From contig JANLWX010000049.1 of NCBI GenBank assembly GCA_031364845.1, forward strand, positions 1 to 44,183: a DNA stretch of 44,183 nt. Reading direction: 5' to 3'. The stretch comes from Candidatus Eiseniibacteriota bacterium. GTDB taxonomy: Bacteria; Eisenbacteria; RBG-16-71-46. Position numbers and translations under genes: made by a program. The notes beneath the pieces are model-generated. The model had not been told where the DNA came from. It saw only the letters and a list, made by a program, of their open reading frames with translations, and did not search any database. Of the stretch, positions 31,863 through 41,881 are shown one piece after another (positions within the stretch are counted from its first letter, which is position 1; every line of letters starts with the position of its first letter).

Positions 31863-34800
31863 CGGATCAGCCCGACCGGCACGAACTCGGTGCGGTCGGT
31901 TCCTGCGCCGCGGATGCGAATGCGCGCCATGTAGAGACCGGCGGGAAGCGCGCCCGGATCCCAGACTTCGAGATTGTCCGCCGCACGGCCTGAGCGCTGA
32001 AACGAAGCCACTTCATGTCCCGACACATCGATGATGCGAAACTCGACGTCTGCAGGCTCGGTGAGCTGATAGGCGAACGATACCGGCCGGCGGCGCGCGG
32101 GATTGGGATACGCCTTGAGCGAACCGCGCACCAGCGGACCCGCGAACGTCGCAAGCGGCGTGGACGTGCGAGTGCCCGGCAGACTCGAGCTGCGTCCGGG
32201 ATCGCCGCCGAGCATCGTCCACGACGTGCGGGTCGGAGCACCACCCGACACCGGCAGCGAATAGGCGTAGACCATGCCGAACCGGTCGGGTGCGGCGATG
32301 TCGAGCGCCCCGTCACGATCGAGGTCGGCCGCGACCGGCGCACCCGTCGCTCCCACACCGGTCGCGAACGGCCAGCCTTCGGGCGTGCGTCCGTCGGCGC
32401 GCAGTGCCGCGAGCACGCCGCTCGCGTTCATCGCGACGACCTCCGACGTGCCGTCGGCATCGACATCGATCGCGAGCGCGGGACTGCCGGAGCGGAACGT
32501 TTCCGACGTCGAGCGCCGCGGCCAGCCCGGCGACGGATAGCCGCTCACGTTCACGAACATCACGCCCGAGCGCACGGTCTGGGTCAGCACTTCGGGGAAA
32601 CCGTCGCCGTCGGGATCGCCCGCGCCGAGCGCATCGACCAGCGTGTCGCCGAATGAGTGGCCCCAGCCCGGCAAACCTTCGCCGCTCACGCAGTAGGCCC
32701 ACAGGCGGTCCGCATGATGGACGACCAGCGACCGGCCGCCGCCGCACGCGATGCCGGTGTTGGCCAGCGAACCCGGACCCGGCGTGCCGTTGAAGTCGAT
32801 CCACAGGAAATCGGGGTTGAACTCGATCGGGCCGGGCAGCCCGGCATCGGGATCGAGTCCGATGAGCGTGAGCGGCCACGACGGATACGTCGCGGTGGCC
32901 GGGGCATTGTCGAAGATCCCGAATCCGATGATCGCGATCCGGCGTTCGTATCCGCCGGCGGCAACCACCGCTTCGACGCTGGTGAGCGGCGCGGGCGGCA
33001 GACCCGCAGGCTCCATGTCGACGGCGAGCCGTCCGGTGACCGGTCCGTTGAACACGGCGGCACTCACGGCGCGGATCGAACCATCGAGATTGAGCGAGTA
33101 GACACGCCCATCCGCGCAGCCCACATAGACTGCGGCCGTGGGAAAGCTGCCCGCGATCACGGGTGGCGTGGTCACGAGCGCCGGCAACACCGCCGGCCAG
33201 CCCGGACGCGGCTGGCCGAGATGATCGATCAGCCACACCTTGCCTCCGGGGCCCGGATCGCTCGGCGAAACCGGCTCGGTCGTGACGGCGAACCACGACG
33301 GACCCTGCGCCGAGAGCAACGGATCGACGACATCGCCGGTCGCGATCGCCGACATCACGCGCATCGGACGTGCATCGAGGCGCGCGAACACGAGGTCGGG
33401 ACCGAACAGTCCGTCGCCGCTGTCACGCACCGCGAACAGTGCGGTGCTGTCGGGGCCGAGCGTATCGCCTCCCGCCCAGCATGTTTCGAGATGGCGGTCG
33501 CCATCGGCATCGATCGCGAGCAGTACGGGGCCACCGGGCGGGAACGACGCGCTCACCGGGAAGCCCTTGAGCTGCCACGTACGGAACGCGGCCACGTGCA
33601 TCACCGAATCCGGGTCGTCGAGGAAATCGAGCCGCACGTGCGGGCGGGTCTTGATGTGCGGAATCAGATTGGGCGAGGTCGTGTCGGACAGCGACGGATT
33701 GTTCGACTTGAAGAACGGGTCGAACGGCGCTCCGAGAATGAACGGCGAGCCGGGATCACCGAGATCCTGAAGCGCGTCGCCCTCGATGATCGAGACGCCG
33801 AGCCGGAACGGATTCGTATTCCAGCCGAAGTCGGGATTGGCGCGCAGTGCCGTATCGACCGGGAAATACGACTCGAGCGGCAGCACGCTCTCATCGATGT
33901 GCCACACCAGCACGCCGCTGCCCGGCAGCAGCGCGTCGTATTCGTAGCGGTCCGGGTTCTTGGGACCCAGCACCACCCGGGTCGAGTCGTCCTGATCGAG
34001 CGAGACCGAGTCGGCCGGCGCCAGATGGCGGTTCTCGAGCATCAGGTACTCGTCGCTCGACAGAGTGACGCTTCTGAAGTCGTTGTGACGCTCGCTCGCG
34101 AGCAGCGTCATCGTGTCACCGTACGCCACCTCGGGTGCGGTGATCCCGGGCGCGATGAAGGTGCGATGGAACGGGTCGACGCTCGGCGGCAACAGCCCGG
34201 TCGCGTACAACTCGGTGCCGTCTGGCAGCACCACGATGGAGCCCACGAGGTTGCCGCTGTCCATCAAACTCCAGTAGCCGACGATCGGTCTTCCGGTATT
34301 GATATCGTAGAGGTCGGTGAAGTTGAAGAACAGATGTCCGCACTCGTGCGCGAGCACGCCGTTGATGGCGCCGTAGTAGCCGTCCTGGTTGATGGTCTCG
34401 GGAATCAATGCCGCGCGGTCGATCGGGCGCGTGGTCGAATCCGGGAACACGACGACGTCGGTGTCAACCACGCCGATCGTGAACGACGGGATGTCCTCGG
34501 GACTGTCCTGGCGCACGTCACTCTGGAGATCGCCGCCCGCGTGGATGATCACGAAGCGATCGTACTGATCCCACGGGATCCGGTCGCCGAGCGCGATTGA
34601 CTGCGAGTCCGCGGCGAACATCATCGTGCGGAACATGTCGACCGCTTCGCGATAGATCTCCTGGCTGAACTTCCACGGCCCGAAGTCGGCCATGTCGGTC
34701 ACCGAATACGCGCGATCCTGAATGCGCGGCCACACGTCGCCTTCGATCACGACCTTCCCGTAGGACTGGGCGTCGTAGTAGCGCTCGAGCGCTTCCAGGT

Positions 34801-35305
34801 GCCGCAGATAGAACGTGCGATTGTGCGGCGCGCGGTCGATCGGTGGCAGCAGCGTGTCGGGCCCCGAAAGGTCGAAGCGCCCGTTGCCGGTCGAACTGCC
34901 GCGATCGGTGAGGAAGTCGACGCGCAGGATCGCGACCCGCAGCGTGTCGGGCGCCGGAATCGGCTCTCCGCTCTGGTTGAAGCCCATCGCACCGGTGGCC
35001 GCCGGCGGGCGCCAGCCCTTGCGCCGCGATGCCGGACTGTTCCAGTCGACGCCGGGACGGCTCAACACATCGGGGAACGAGCGCCAGCGCTCGAGTCGCT
35101 GCTGCTGGTGGCGGGCATGTTCGGGCGACAGGATCCGGGTTCCGGGCCGCAGCCGCGACTGTTCCTCCGCCGTGGCGGGCGCCTTGGCGACCGGGCGGAC
35201 CGAGAGTTCTCTGGAAGCTGCAGACGCCGCGGACGCCGTCGAAACGGCAGCCACGGCGCCGAGCATCAGGCAGGCTGATGAGATGTACGCTGCGATTCCG
35301 CGCAA
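31859..35305 (-). CDS. Secreted M6 (immune inhibitor A-like) metalloprotease with FG-GAP-like repeats and T9SS-type C-terminal domain
   Basis: Signal peptide; IIHAG; zinc motif AHECGHLFFNFTDLYD; WSLMDSG; YLMLENR; GVLVWHIDE; repeated D.D.DG..E motifs with GWP; C-terminal AYPNP...IIDVSG..V...WD...LPAGLY domain. Confidence 0.82.
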   Translation of the reverse strand: MRGIAAYISSACLMLGAVAAVSTASAASAASRELSVRPVAKAPATAEEQSRLRPGTRILSPEHARHQQQRLERWRSFPDVLSRPGVDWNSPASRRKGWRPPAATGAMGFNQSGEPIPAPDTLRVAILRVDFLTDRGSSTGNGRFDLSGPDTLLPPIDRAPHNRTFYLRHLEALERYYDAQSYGKVVIEGDVWPRIQDRAYSVTDMADFGPWKFSQEIYREAVDMFRTMMFAADSQSIALGDRIPWDQYDRFVIIHAGGDLQSDVRQDSPEDIPSFTIGVVDTDVVVFPDSTTRPIDRAALIPETINQDGYYGAINGVLAHECGHLFFNFTDLYDINTGRPIVGYWSLMDSGNLVGSIVVLPDGTELYATGLLPPSVDPFHRTFIAPGITAPEVAYGDTMTLLASERHNDFRSVTLSSDEYLMLENRHLAPADSVSLDQDDSTRVVLGPKNPDRYEYDALLPGSGVLVWHIDESVLPLESYFPVDTALRANPDFGWNTNPFRLGVSIIEGDALQDLGDPGSPFILGAPFDPFFKSNNPSLSDTTSPNLIPHIKTRPHVRLDFLDDPDSVMHVAAFRTWQLKGFPVSASFPPGGPVLLAIDADGDRHLETCWAGGDTLGPDSTALFAVRDSGDGLFGPDLVFARLDARPMRVMSAIATGDVVDPLLSAQGPSWFAVTTEPVSPSDPGPGGKVWLIDHLGQPRPGWPAVLPALVTTPPVIAGSFPTAAVYVGCADGRVYSLNLDGSIRAVSAAVFNGPVTGRLAVDMEPAGLPPAPLTSVEAVVAAGGYERRIAIIGFGIFDNAPATATYPSWPLTLIGLDPDAGLPGPIEFNPDFLWIDFNGTPGPGSLANTGIACGGGRSLVVHHADRLWAYCVSGEGLPGWGHSFGDTLVDALGAGDPDGDGFPEVLTQTVRSGVMFVNVSGYPSPGWPRRSTSETFRSGSPALAIDVDADGTSEVVAMNASGVLAALRADGRTPEGWPFATGVGATGAPVAADLDRDGALDIAAPDRFGMVYAYSLPVSGGAPTRTSWTMLGGDPGRSSSLPGTRTSTPLATFAGPLVRGSLKAYPNPARRRPVSFAYQLTEPADVEFRIIDVSGHEVASFQRSGRAADNLEVWDPGALPAGLYMARIRIRGAGTDRTEFVPVGLIR

Positions 35306-35327
35306 GGGTCGTCCGGGGCGGGCCGGG

Positions 35328-36281
35328 TTAGAACCGATAACCGAGCGTGATCTTGCTCACGTTGTCGAGCCCGGAATTGCGCGCCTGGGGGATGCTCCCG
35401 TAGTCGAGGTTCAGGCTCTTCCAGTTGAATCCGATGCCGAACGTGAGATCGCCGATGTCACCGAGCGGATCGTGGTAATAGCCGAGGCGCCCGGCGAGCT
35501 GACCGGCGTACGCCATCTCGACTCCGCCGTGATACGTGCGGAACTCTTCGCTGCCCGACACCAGCGACTGGTTGAAGTCGGCGGCCACGGTCACGTTGAA
35601 CTGCTTGGTCGCGAGCGGCTCCCACGCAGCGCCGACCTTGAGATTGCGCGACAAGGGGCTCGCCTGGTCCTCGTTGATGAACGTGACACTCGGTCCCATG
35701 TTCTGGATGTTCGCGCCGAGGCTCAGGTGGGCGACCGGAATGCGGTAGAGGCCGGCGATGTCGAAGCCGAACGTGGTGCCGATGCCGCTCTTGCTGTCGG
35801 GTGCCAGCTGGATGCGGATCCACTTGATCGAGGCACCGATCGACAGATCGGGCAGGATCCGGAAGCCGCCGTAGAGCGCGGGCGAGAATTCGTTCGAGCC
35901 GAACGTCCCGGTCGGATTGCCGGAGTTGTCGGTGCCTTCGCTCTGGCCGTAGTTCAGAAACACGATGCCGACGCCGATCGCGCCGAGACCCTTGATGGGC
36001 TGGACGTAGGTGCCGTAATTGTAACTGACGTCGGTGGCGAGGCCCGGGACGAGCGCAGCGTACGTGATCTGGATCGCGCTCTTCTCCACGAATCCGAGTC
36101 CGGCGGGGTTCCACCAGGTCGCACCCGTGGCATCACCGGTCAATGCGACACCCGCCGCACCCATTCCGTTCTGCCGGCCGCCGGGCTGAATGTCGAGTGA
36201 CCGACCCGTTCCCTGAGCATGAGAAGTGCTCGCGAGGAAACCGATCGCCAGGACTGCCGTCGCTAGTGCTTTGAAGCGCAT
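35328..36281 (-). CDS. porV: PorV/PorQ-family outer-membrane barrel
   Basis: SLDIQPGGRQNGMG, DATGATWWNPAGL, GANIQNMGP, AGRLGYY, C-terminal LGYRF. Directly downstream of porU. ATG 36281 with GGAGG RBS. Confidence 0.8.
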   Translation of the reverse strand: MRFKALATAVLAIGFLASTSHAQGTGRSLDIQPGGRQNGMGAAGVALTGDATGATWWNPAGLGFVEKSAIQITYAALVPGLATDVSYNYGTYVQPIKGLGAIGVGIVFLNYGQSEGTDNSGNPTGTFGSNEFSPALYGGFRILPDLSIGASIKWIRIQLAPDSKSGIGTTFGFDIAGLYRIPVAHLSLGANIQNMGPSVTFINEDQASPLSRNLKVGAAWEPLATKQFNVTVAADFNQSLVSGSEEFRTYHGGVEMAYAGQLAGRLGYYHDPLGDIGDLTFGIGFNWKSLNLDYGSIPQARNSGLDNVSKITLGYRF

Positions 36282-36396
36282 AAGGGCTTGAACCTCCGTC
36301 GAAGACTGGGGCCCTGCGGCAGGGCAACGATCCCGCATACTACACCGCCCGAAGGAGATGCGTTCCACCTTTTCCACGGAGGCACGCAAAACCCGG

Positions 36397-39300
36397 CTAA
36401 CGATTGACAATGACGAAACGTCCTTCGATGTCCGCCTTCTGGCGGGCACTGCTTACCCCGTCGGGGTCACGCACATTGAGGTGCACCTTGAACAGATAGA
36501 CCCCGTTGGCGAGTTCCGCCGCTTCCTCGTCCAGTCCGTTCCAGGGGATCTGGATCTGACCATGTCCGCCCAACTGCCGCAGCGTACGGATCAGGCGGCC
36601 CGACACTGTATAGATTCTGATCAACGCGTTCACGGAGTCTCCCGGCGCGTCGACTACGAACCGTCCCCCGCTGCCCGGTCCCCCCGACTCGGCCGGGTTC
36701 GGGAACAGGTAGGCGCGCGCGATCCGCAGCGGCGGCTCGGCCACCACCTCGAACGCGATCGTCGCCTGCGCGCGGTGACTCGCCGCCCCCAGACCCGCTG
36801 CCAGGTTGTCGGCCGCCGAGACCTCGATCGTGTGCCCACCCTCGGACAGGTTCTGGAGCCGGAACAGCGCGGTGCCCGCCTGATAGGAGTCGGCGGCGTA
36901 ACGGAAGCTCTCGGTGATGTCGACGCGGCCGGTGGTGTTGCCGTCCACCGTGACGATGATGCCGTTCTGCGGCGTGTGGCCCGTGATCAGGATACCGCTC
37001 GGATCCGACAGGTCGATGCGCAATGTGGCATCGGGGCGCACCGTGGTCGACCCCGAGGCAAACGAGAGCGCGATGCGCGGTCCCGCGACATCGCCGGCGG
37101 GTGCGGATCCCGGATTGAGCTGGAGCTTGAGGTTCCCCACACCATCGATCGGGGTACTCGCGCCGTCGGGCGTGCGCACGTACGAGCGCAGCCGCGCGCG
37201 GCCACCGGTGCGGGCCTCGAGCGGAACCACGAAGCGGCCCTGGAAGTTGCCCGCCGCCATCGCGACCTCGCCGCGAAACACCGGTCCCGCCGTGTAATAG
37301 AACTTGGGACGGTAGGTGCAGAACGGACACGCCGGCGGATCGAGCCGCGGCGCCGAGTCCTCGATCAGGAGGCTCGCCACACCGTCGATCGGCACCGGGG
37401 TTGCCCCTGCGCCCGGCCGGTCGACGACCGCGCCGCGGAACATGAGGGTGCGCCCCCGCTCGAGCACGGTCACCGGAGTCACCCCGGCGGAATCGTAGAG
37501 CGTCATCTGCGCCCACAGTTTGGGGAAGTTCGGCACCGTGGCCGCGTCGCCGAGCAGTTCGTACTTCTGGCTGTTGGTCGCCCCCGACTTGGACGCGAGC
37601 AGCGCCTCGGCCACGCTCACCTTGTACTGGCCGGTCACCGCGTCGCGGCGGAACAGCCGGTTGTAGAGGTTCTGATTGAGCGTCGAGTTCTGGCCGCTCA
37701 AGGCCAGCTCGGTCGCCGACACCACGCCGATCGCTCCGCGACCGGGCGTGATCAGCAGCCGTTCGCCGAGACTCTGCACGGTCGGATCGTTGAACTTGCC
37801 GATGTCGCACGATGCGGCGATGAACACCGGCAGCCGCGTCGTATTGGTCAGCGTGCCGACATCGGTGTCGAGGAACACGCTCTCGTCGCTGAGCTTGAAC
37901 GGGCTGCCGTGACCGATGTAGTTGAACAGGGCGACACCGTCGTTGAGGTTCTGCTTGATGTCGGCCTTCGCCCCCGGCTTGGTGTTGCCCGGGCCATCGG
38001 GGTAGGTGTGCAGATAGACGTACTTGCGGTCCATGTGCTGCGGCGTCGACGAGCTGTCGAGGACTCCGGTCTGCAGCAGGTGCAGGAAGTCGAGCCCGTC
38101 ATCGAGCGGCCCCTGGAACTGATCGTCGGCGATCAGCATCACGCGATTGCGGTACTCGCCGAGCGGCGCCTGCGATTCGTAGAGGATCACCTTGTTGCGC
38201 ACCACGTCGATCGCGGTCGCCGCATCGTTGGCCGGAATGCGCCCGCCGTAGAAATCCGGCACCACGGCGACCGCGCTGTCGACGTTGAGCAGCCAGTCGT
38301 CGGTCGCGAACTGCCGCGCCACGACATTGTCGAAGCCGCCTTCGAACGAAGGCAGCAGCGTCCCCGGCTGACCGGCCGGCGCGCGGCCCGTGAGATTTTT
38401 GAAGTCGTAGGACGCATCGCCCATCAGCGTCACGTACGTCGGCTTCTTCGCCCACGTGCGATACGTGGCGCGCAGGAAGTTGCGGATCGCGGCGGGATCG
38501 GTGCGCCCGCCCGAGAACTGATCGTAGAGTGCCGAGACCGGCACCGAGTCGGTTTCGAATCCGTTGTGCTCGCGCCGCCACGCCGTCAGCAGATCCGCCG
38601 CCTGCTTGAAGCCGTCGTAGAACACGACCAGATAGTCCGCGCGCCGCGATGCGCTGCGCAGGTTGACGAGGCTCGACGTCGGCGCGTCGGCGATGCTGGT
38701 CGCGGCGATCCGCGCGATGTTCGCGTCGCGGACGATGCGATAGCGGCGAATGCCGGTCTGCGTGTTCTCGAACGCCAGCTCGAAGCCACCGGTCGTCGGG
38801 AGATACGTGAAGCTCACCAGCTCGACCGGCCGGTAGGGATCGGTGACATCGAACACGCGCGGAAGCGTGTCCGTGGTGAATGGGGCGATCCGGAACAGAT
38901 AGTCCCCCGCCGCGGCCGGCGATTCGAAGTCGAGTTGATTGCCGACCGGCTCGAACTTCCGCTGGTAGAACACGTCGTACCACGCGAACGCGATGCGATC
39001 GATGCGGCTCGGACACGAACCGAACGACGGCACCGCCACCCGCAGTTCGTTGTCCGCGCGCTTGAACGACGGCATCGTCGCGTCGATCGTGAACGCGCGC
39101 AGCGCGTCCCACGCGTAGCGGCGAACCGTGGCCCCGTTCCATTCGAGATCGATCATCTGGTCGGGGCGTGACGGATCGTCACGGCATGTGTCGCGCGCCC
39201 CGAGCCCCCACAGCCGCACGCGCACGCGCGGCGCGATCGTCGTATCGGCCCCCGGCGCGTCGAACACGTCGCCGAACGATCGCCCGACATCGAGTGATCG

Positions 39301-40629
39301 CCAGAACCACTTCTCCCAGAAGTACGAATTGGGCGACGTCGACGACGGGTAGAGCGGCGTGGCGTCGGGAAAGTACTCGGCGTCGGTTTCGAAATGGAGC
39401 CGCTCGCGGAACGTCGTGGGCGTGGTCTCGCCGCCATCGACGATGGGCGCCGCATCGCGCACCTGGATGCGCGCCGGGGCTCCGGTGACGGGAGCTTCAG
39501 CGGTCGCGACCGTCAGGTAGTAGTAGTTGTTCGCATCGTACGGATGATTCAGGTGCACCGTGTCGGGCCGCGCGGGATCGTAGACGTTCAGCCAGTCGTT
39601 GGGTCCGAGCGCATAGAAATAGAAGTAGTCCTCGTTGTCGCTGAACACCCCCGCGTTCTTCGTGACAAACGTGACCGCCACTTCGCGGTAGTCGCACGAA
39701 TCGCAGAAGCTGTTCTCGGGCAGCACCGGCACACCGGGCCAGGTGAACAGGCGCACGCTGTCGGTCGGCGTGGTGGTCGAGCCGCCGAAGATCTGCGTGT
39801 TGCGGACCTGCCCGAACGTCACGCGATAGAAGCCGGGCGCGGGAATCGCGAGCTTGACCCACACGTGGCCCACGAACACGCTCGAATCGACGACCGCGGC
39901 GATGCTCTGCGGCGCGAAGTCGCGGCTGCGGCTCTGCGCTTCCGCGGTCACGGCCGCGCGGCGCCACGCGCGTCCCTGCTCGTAGTTCACGAGGATCTCG
40001 CGGTAACTGCCTTCGAACGGATCGTCGGCTTCGGCGGCGGCATCGGTCGGCGCCTGCGGTTCACCGATCACGTCGATCGACACCTCGGCCGCGACCTCGA
40101 GCTTCAGTGTCGCCGGATCCCACTGCGCGGGTTCGATCACGATGCTCGCCACGCGCTGGTTGCGCAGCCACGAGACACCCAGCAATCGCGCCGGCACCGG
40201 CGTTCCGGCCTTGGTCGCATACGCACGCCGCCGCGGGATCAGCGATTCCACGACCGGCGCACCGCGCTCGATGTACTCGGGGGTCGGCGCGAGTTGAACG
40301 TTCTCGATGACGCGCGTGCCGGCCGCGGTCGCTCGCACGCGCACGGTTCCCTGCGGAGGCACCGCGACGTGGACGATGCGCGCCGGCAACATTGGCGCAC
40401 CGGGTGCGGTCGCGGGATCGAATCCGTCGAGATCGAGCCGCGAGTACGCGGTCCCCGCCACCGGGTCGAGCCGCGGTTCGGGGATGCGGACGGTGAAACG
40501 CGCCCCGGCGGCTGAAGCGGTGACCGCCCCCACTCCCTCGGGAGCGGCGCGGGCGCCAGGCGCGTGCACGACCAGGCCGATCGCGAGCGCGACACCCAGC
40601 CGCGCGAACACCAGCACGGTCCGGTTCAG
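36397..40629 (-). CDS. porU: PorU-like C25 (gingipain-family) cysteine peptidase / T9SS sortase
   Basis: C25 propeptide-like N-terminus; [28 protein letters not shown]; catalytic NYIGHG and AASC; YELLGD; D..GPRI and D.SGI motifs; C-terminal [18 protein letters not shown]....LANGVY. Start is CTG 40629 or GTG 40617. Confidence 0.85.
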   Translation of the reverse strand: MNRTVLVFARLGVALAIGLVVHAPGARAAPEGVGAVTASAAGARFTVRIPEPRLDPVAGTAYSRLDLDGFDPATAPGAPMLPARIVHVAVPPQGTVRVRATAAGTRVIENVQLAPTPEYIERGAPVVESLIPRRRAYATKAGTPVPARLLGVSWLRNQRVASIVIEPAQWDPATLKLEVAAEVSIDVIGEPQAPTDAAAEADDPFEGSYREILVNYEQGRAWRRAAVTAEAQSRSRDFAPQSIAAVVDSSVFVGHVWVKLAIPAPGFYRVTFGQVRNTQIFGGSTTTPTDSVRLFTWPGVPVLPENSFCDSCDYREVAVTFVTKNAGVFSDNEDYFYFYALGPNDWLNVYDPARPDTVHLNHPYDANNYYYLTVATAEAPVTGAPARIQVRDAAPIVDGGETTPTTFRERLHFETDAEYFPDATPLYPSSTSPNSYFWEKWFWRSLDVGRSFGDVFDAPGADTTIAPRVRVRLWGLGARDTCRDDPSRPDQMIDLEWNGATVRRYAWDALRAFTIDATMPSFKRADNELRVAVPSFGSCPSRIDRIAFAWYDVFYQRKFEPVGNQLDFESPAAAGDYLFRIAPFTTDTLPRVFDVTDPYRPVELVSFTYLPTTGGFELAFENTQTGIRRYRIVRDANIARIAATSIADAPTSSLVNLRSASRRADYLVVFYDGFKQAADLLTAWRREHNGFETDSVPVSALYDQFSGGRTDPAAIRNFLRATYRTWAKKPTYVTLMGDASYDFKNLTGRAPAGQPGTLLPSFEGGFDNVVARQFATDDWLLNVDSAVAVVPDFYGGRIPANDAATAIDVVRNKVILYESQAPLGEYRNRVMLIADDQFQGPLDDGLDFLHLLQTGVLDSSSTPQHMDRKYVYLHTYPDGPGNTKPGAKADIKQNLNDGVALFNYIGHGSPFKLSDESVFLDTDVGTLTNTTRLPVFIAASCDIGKFNDPTVQSLGERLLITPGRGAIGVVSATELALSGQNSTLNQNLYNRLFRRDAVTGQYKVSVAEALLASKSGATNSQKYELLGDAATVPNFPKLWAQMTLYDSAGVTPVTVLERGRTLMFRGAVVDRPGAGATPVPIDGVASLLIEDSAPRLDPPACPFCTYRPKFYYTAGPVFRGEVAMAAGNFQGRFVVPLEARTGGRARLRSYVRTPDGASTPIDGVGNLKLQLNPGSAPAGDVAGPRIALSFASGSTTVRPDATLRIDLSDPSGILITGHTPQNGIIVTVDGNTTGRVDITESFRYAADSYQAGTALFRLQNLSEGGHTIEVSAADNLAAGLGAASHRAQATIAFEVVAEPPLRIARAYLFPNPAESGGPGSGGRFVVDAPGDSVNALIRIYTVSGRLIRTLRQLGGHGQIQIPWNGLDEEAAELANGVYLFKVHLNVRDPDGVSSARQKADIEGRFVIVNR

Positions 40630-40793
40630 AACTTCTCCGCCTCCTCGACGAGCATCACCGGGATGTCGTCGACGACCCGGTAGCGGAGCCGGCACCGGTT
40701 GCACGTAAGCGTCTGGGCGGCGGCGTCATAGGCCAGATCACCCTTGCATGCGGGACACACGAGAATGGTGAGCAGGTCGGGGCTCAGCGCCAT
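40626..40793 (-). CDS. Trm112/YcaR-family small zinc-binding protein
   Basis: [20 protein letters not shown]...[33 protein letters not shown]. Confidence 0.92.
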   Translation of the reverse strand: MALSPDLLTILVCPACKGDLAYDAAAQTLTCNRCRLRYRVVDDIPVMLVEEAEKF

Positions 40794-40912
40794 TCGGACA
40801 CCTCTAGAGTGGGCGACCGGCCGCGCGGGGGCCGTTTCGGCGCCGGGCGTTCGGGCGGAATGGGTTGCAGGTGACGAGGATGGAGGATCGCAGCCCTCCA
40901 GCGGCACTTATA

Positions 40913-41881
40913 CTACGCCTTTGTATCGGCCTCGTGAAACACGCCCAGCTTCCGGAATCGATCGAGCCGGTGCTGAACGATGTCCTCGCCTGATACCCCC
41001 GACCACTTGGCCAGGTGCCCGAGAATTGCCGCCTTGAGCGTGGCCGCCGCGGCGTCGGGGTTGCGATGAGCACCCCCGGCCGGCTCGGGCAGGATCCCGT
41101 CGATCACGCCCAGCTTCTCGAGATCGGTCGCCGTGATGCGCAGCGCCTCGGCCGCCTGCGGCGCCTTCTTGCCGTCGCGCCACAGGATCGAAGCGCAGCC
41201 TTCGGGCGAGATCACCGAGTAGACCGAGTTCTCGAACATCAGCACCACGTCCGACACCGCGATCGCGAGTGCGCCGCCCGAGCCGCCCTCGCCGATCACG
41301 ACCGTCAGGATCGGCACGTCGATCTGGGCCATCTCGCGCAGATTGACGGCGATCGCCTCGGCCTGGCCACGCTCCTCGGCGCCGAGTCCGGGATACGCTC
41401 CCGGCGTATCGACCAGTGTGACGATCGGGACACGGAAGCGCTCGGCGAGCTGCATCAGACGGAGTGCCTTGCGATAGCCTTCGGGGTTCGGCATGCCGAA
41501 GCGCCGCATCAGATTCTCGCGCGTGTCGCGGCCCTTCTGCTGCCCGATCACCATCACCGGATGCTCATCGACCATCGCGAGCCCCGCGACGATCGCCGGA
41601 TCCTCGCCGAAGTGCCGGTCCCCATGGAGTTCGGTGAAGTCGGTGAAGACGCGCTCGATGTAATCGAGCGAATACGGACGGCGCGGATGCCGCGCGAGTT
41701 GCACGCGCTGATACGGCGTGAGCCGCGCGTAGATCTCGAGCCGCAGCGTCTCTGCCTTGCGCTCGAGTTCCGCGAGCTGGCCGCGCGCGTCCTGGCCGCG
41801 CTCGGCTGCGCGCGTTCGCAAATCTTCGATCTGTTGTTCGATCTCGACCACCGGCTTCTCGAAATCCAGCCACACGGTCAC
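40913..41881 (-). CDS. accA: Acetyl-CoA carboxylase carboxyltransferase alpha subunit
   Basis: LDFEKP, ARHPRRP, ELHGDR, FGMP.PEGYRKA, DTPGAYPG..AEERGQ, GEGGSGGAL, YSVISPEGCA. Start overlaps the dnaE stop. Confidence 0.97.
   Translation of the reverse strand: MTVWLDFEKPVVEIEQQIEDLRTRAAERGQDARGQLAELERKAETLRLEIYARLTPYQRVQLARHPRRPYSLDYIERVFTDFTELHGDRHFGEDPAIVAGLAMVDEHPVMVIGQQKGRDTRENLMRRFGMPNPEGYRKALRLMQLAERFRVPIVTLVDTPGAYPGLGAEERGQAEAIAVNLREMAQIDVPILTVVIGEGGSGGALAIAVSDVVLMFENSVYSVISPEGCASILWRDGKKAPQAAEALRITATDLEKLGVIDGILPEPAGGAHRNPDAAAATLKAAILGHLAKWSGVSGEDIVQHRLDRFRKLGVFHEADTKA

Noticed and set aside
40881..40900. TGGAGG/CCTCCA hairpin between accA and the Trm112-like gene as a terminator or ncRNA
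   Set aside because: 6-bp stem, no U-tract, no recognisable RNA family features.
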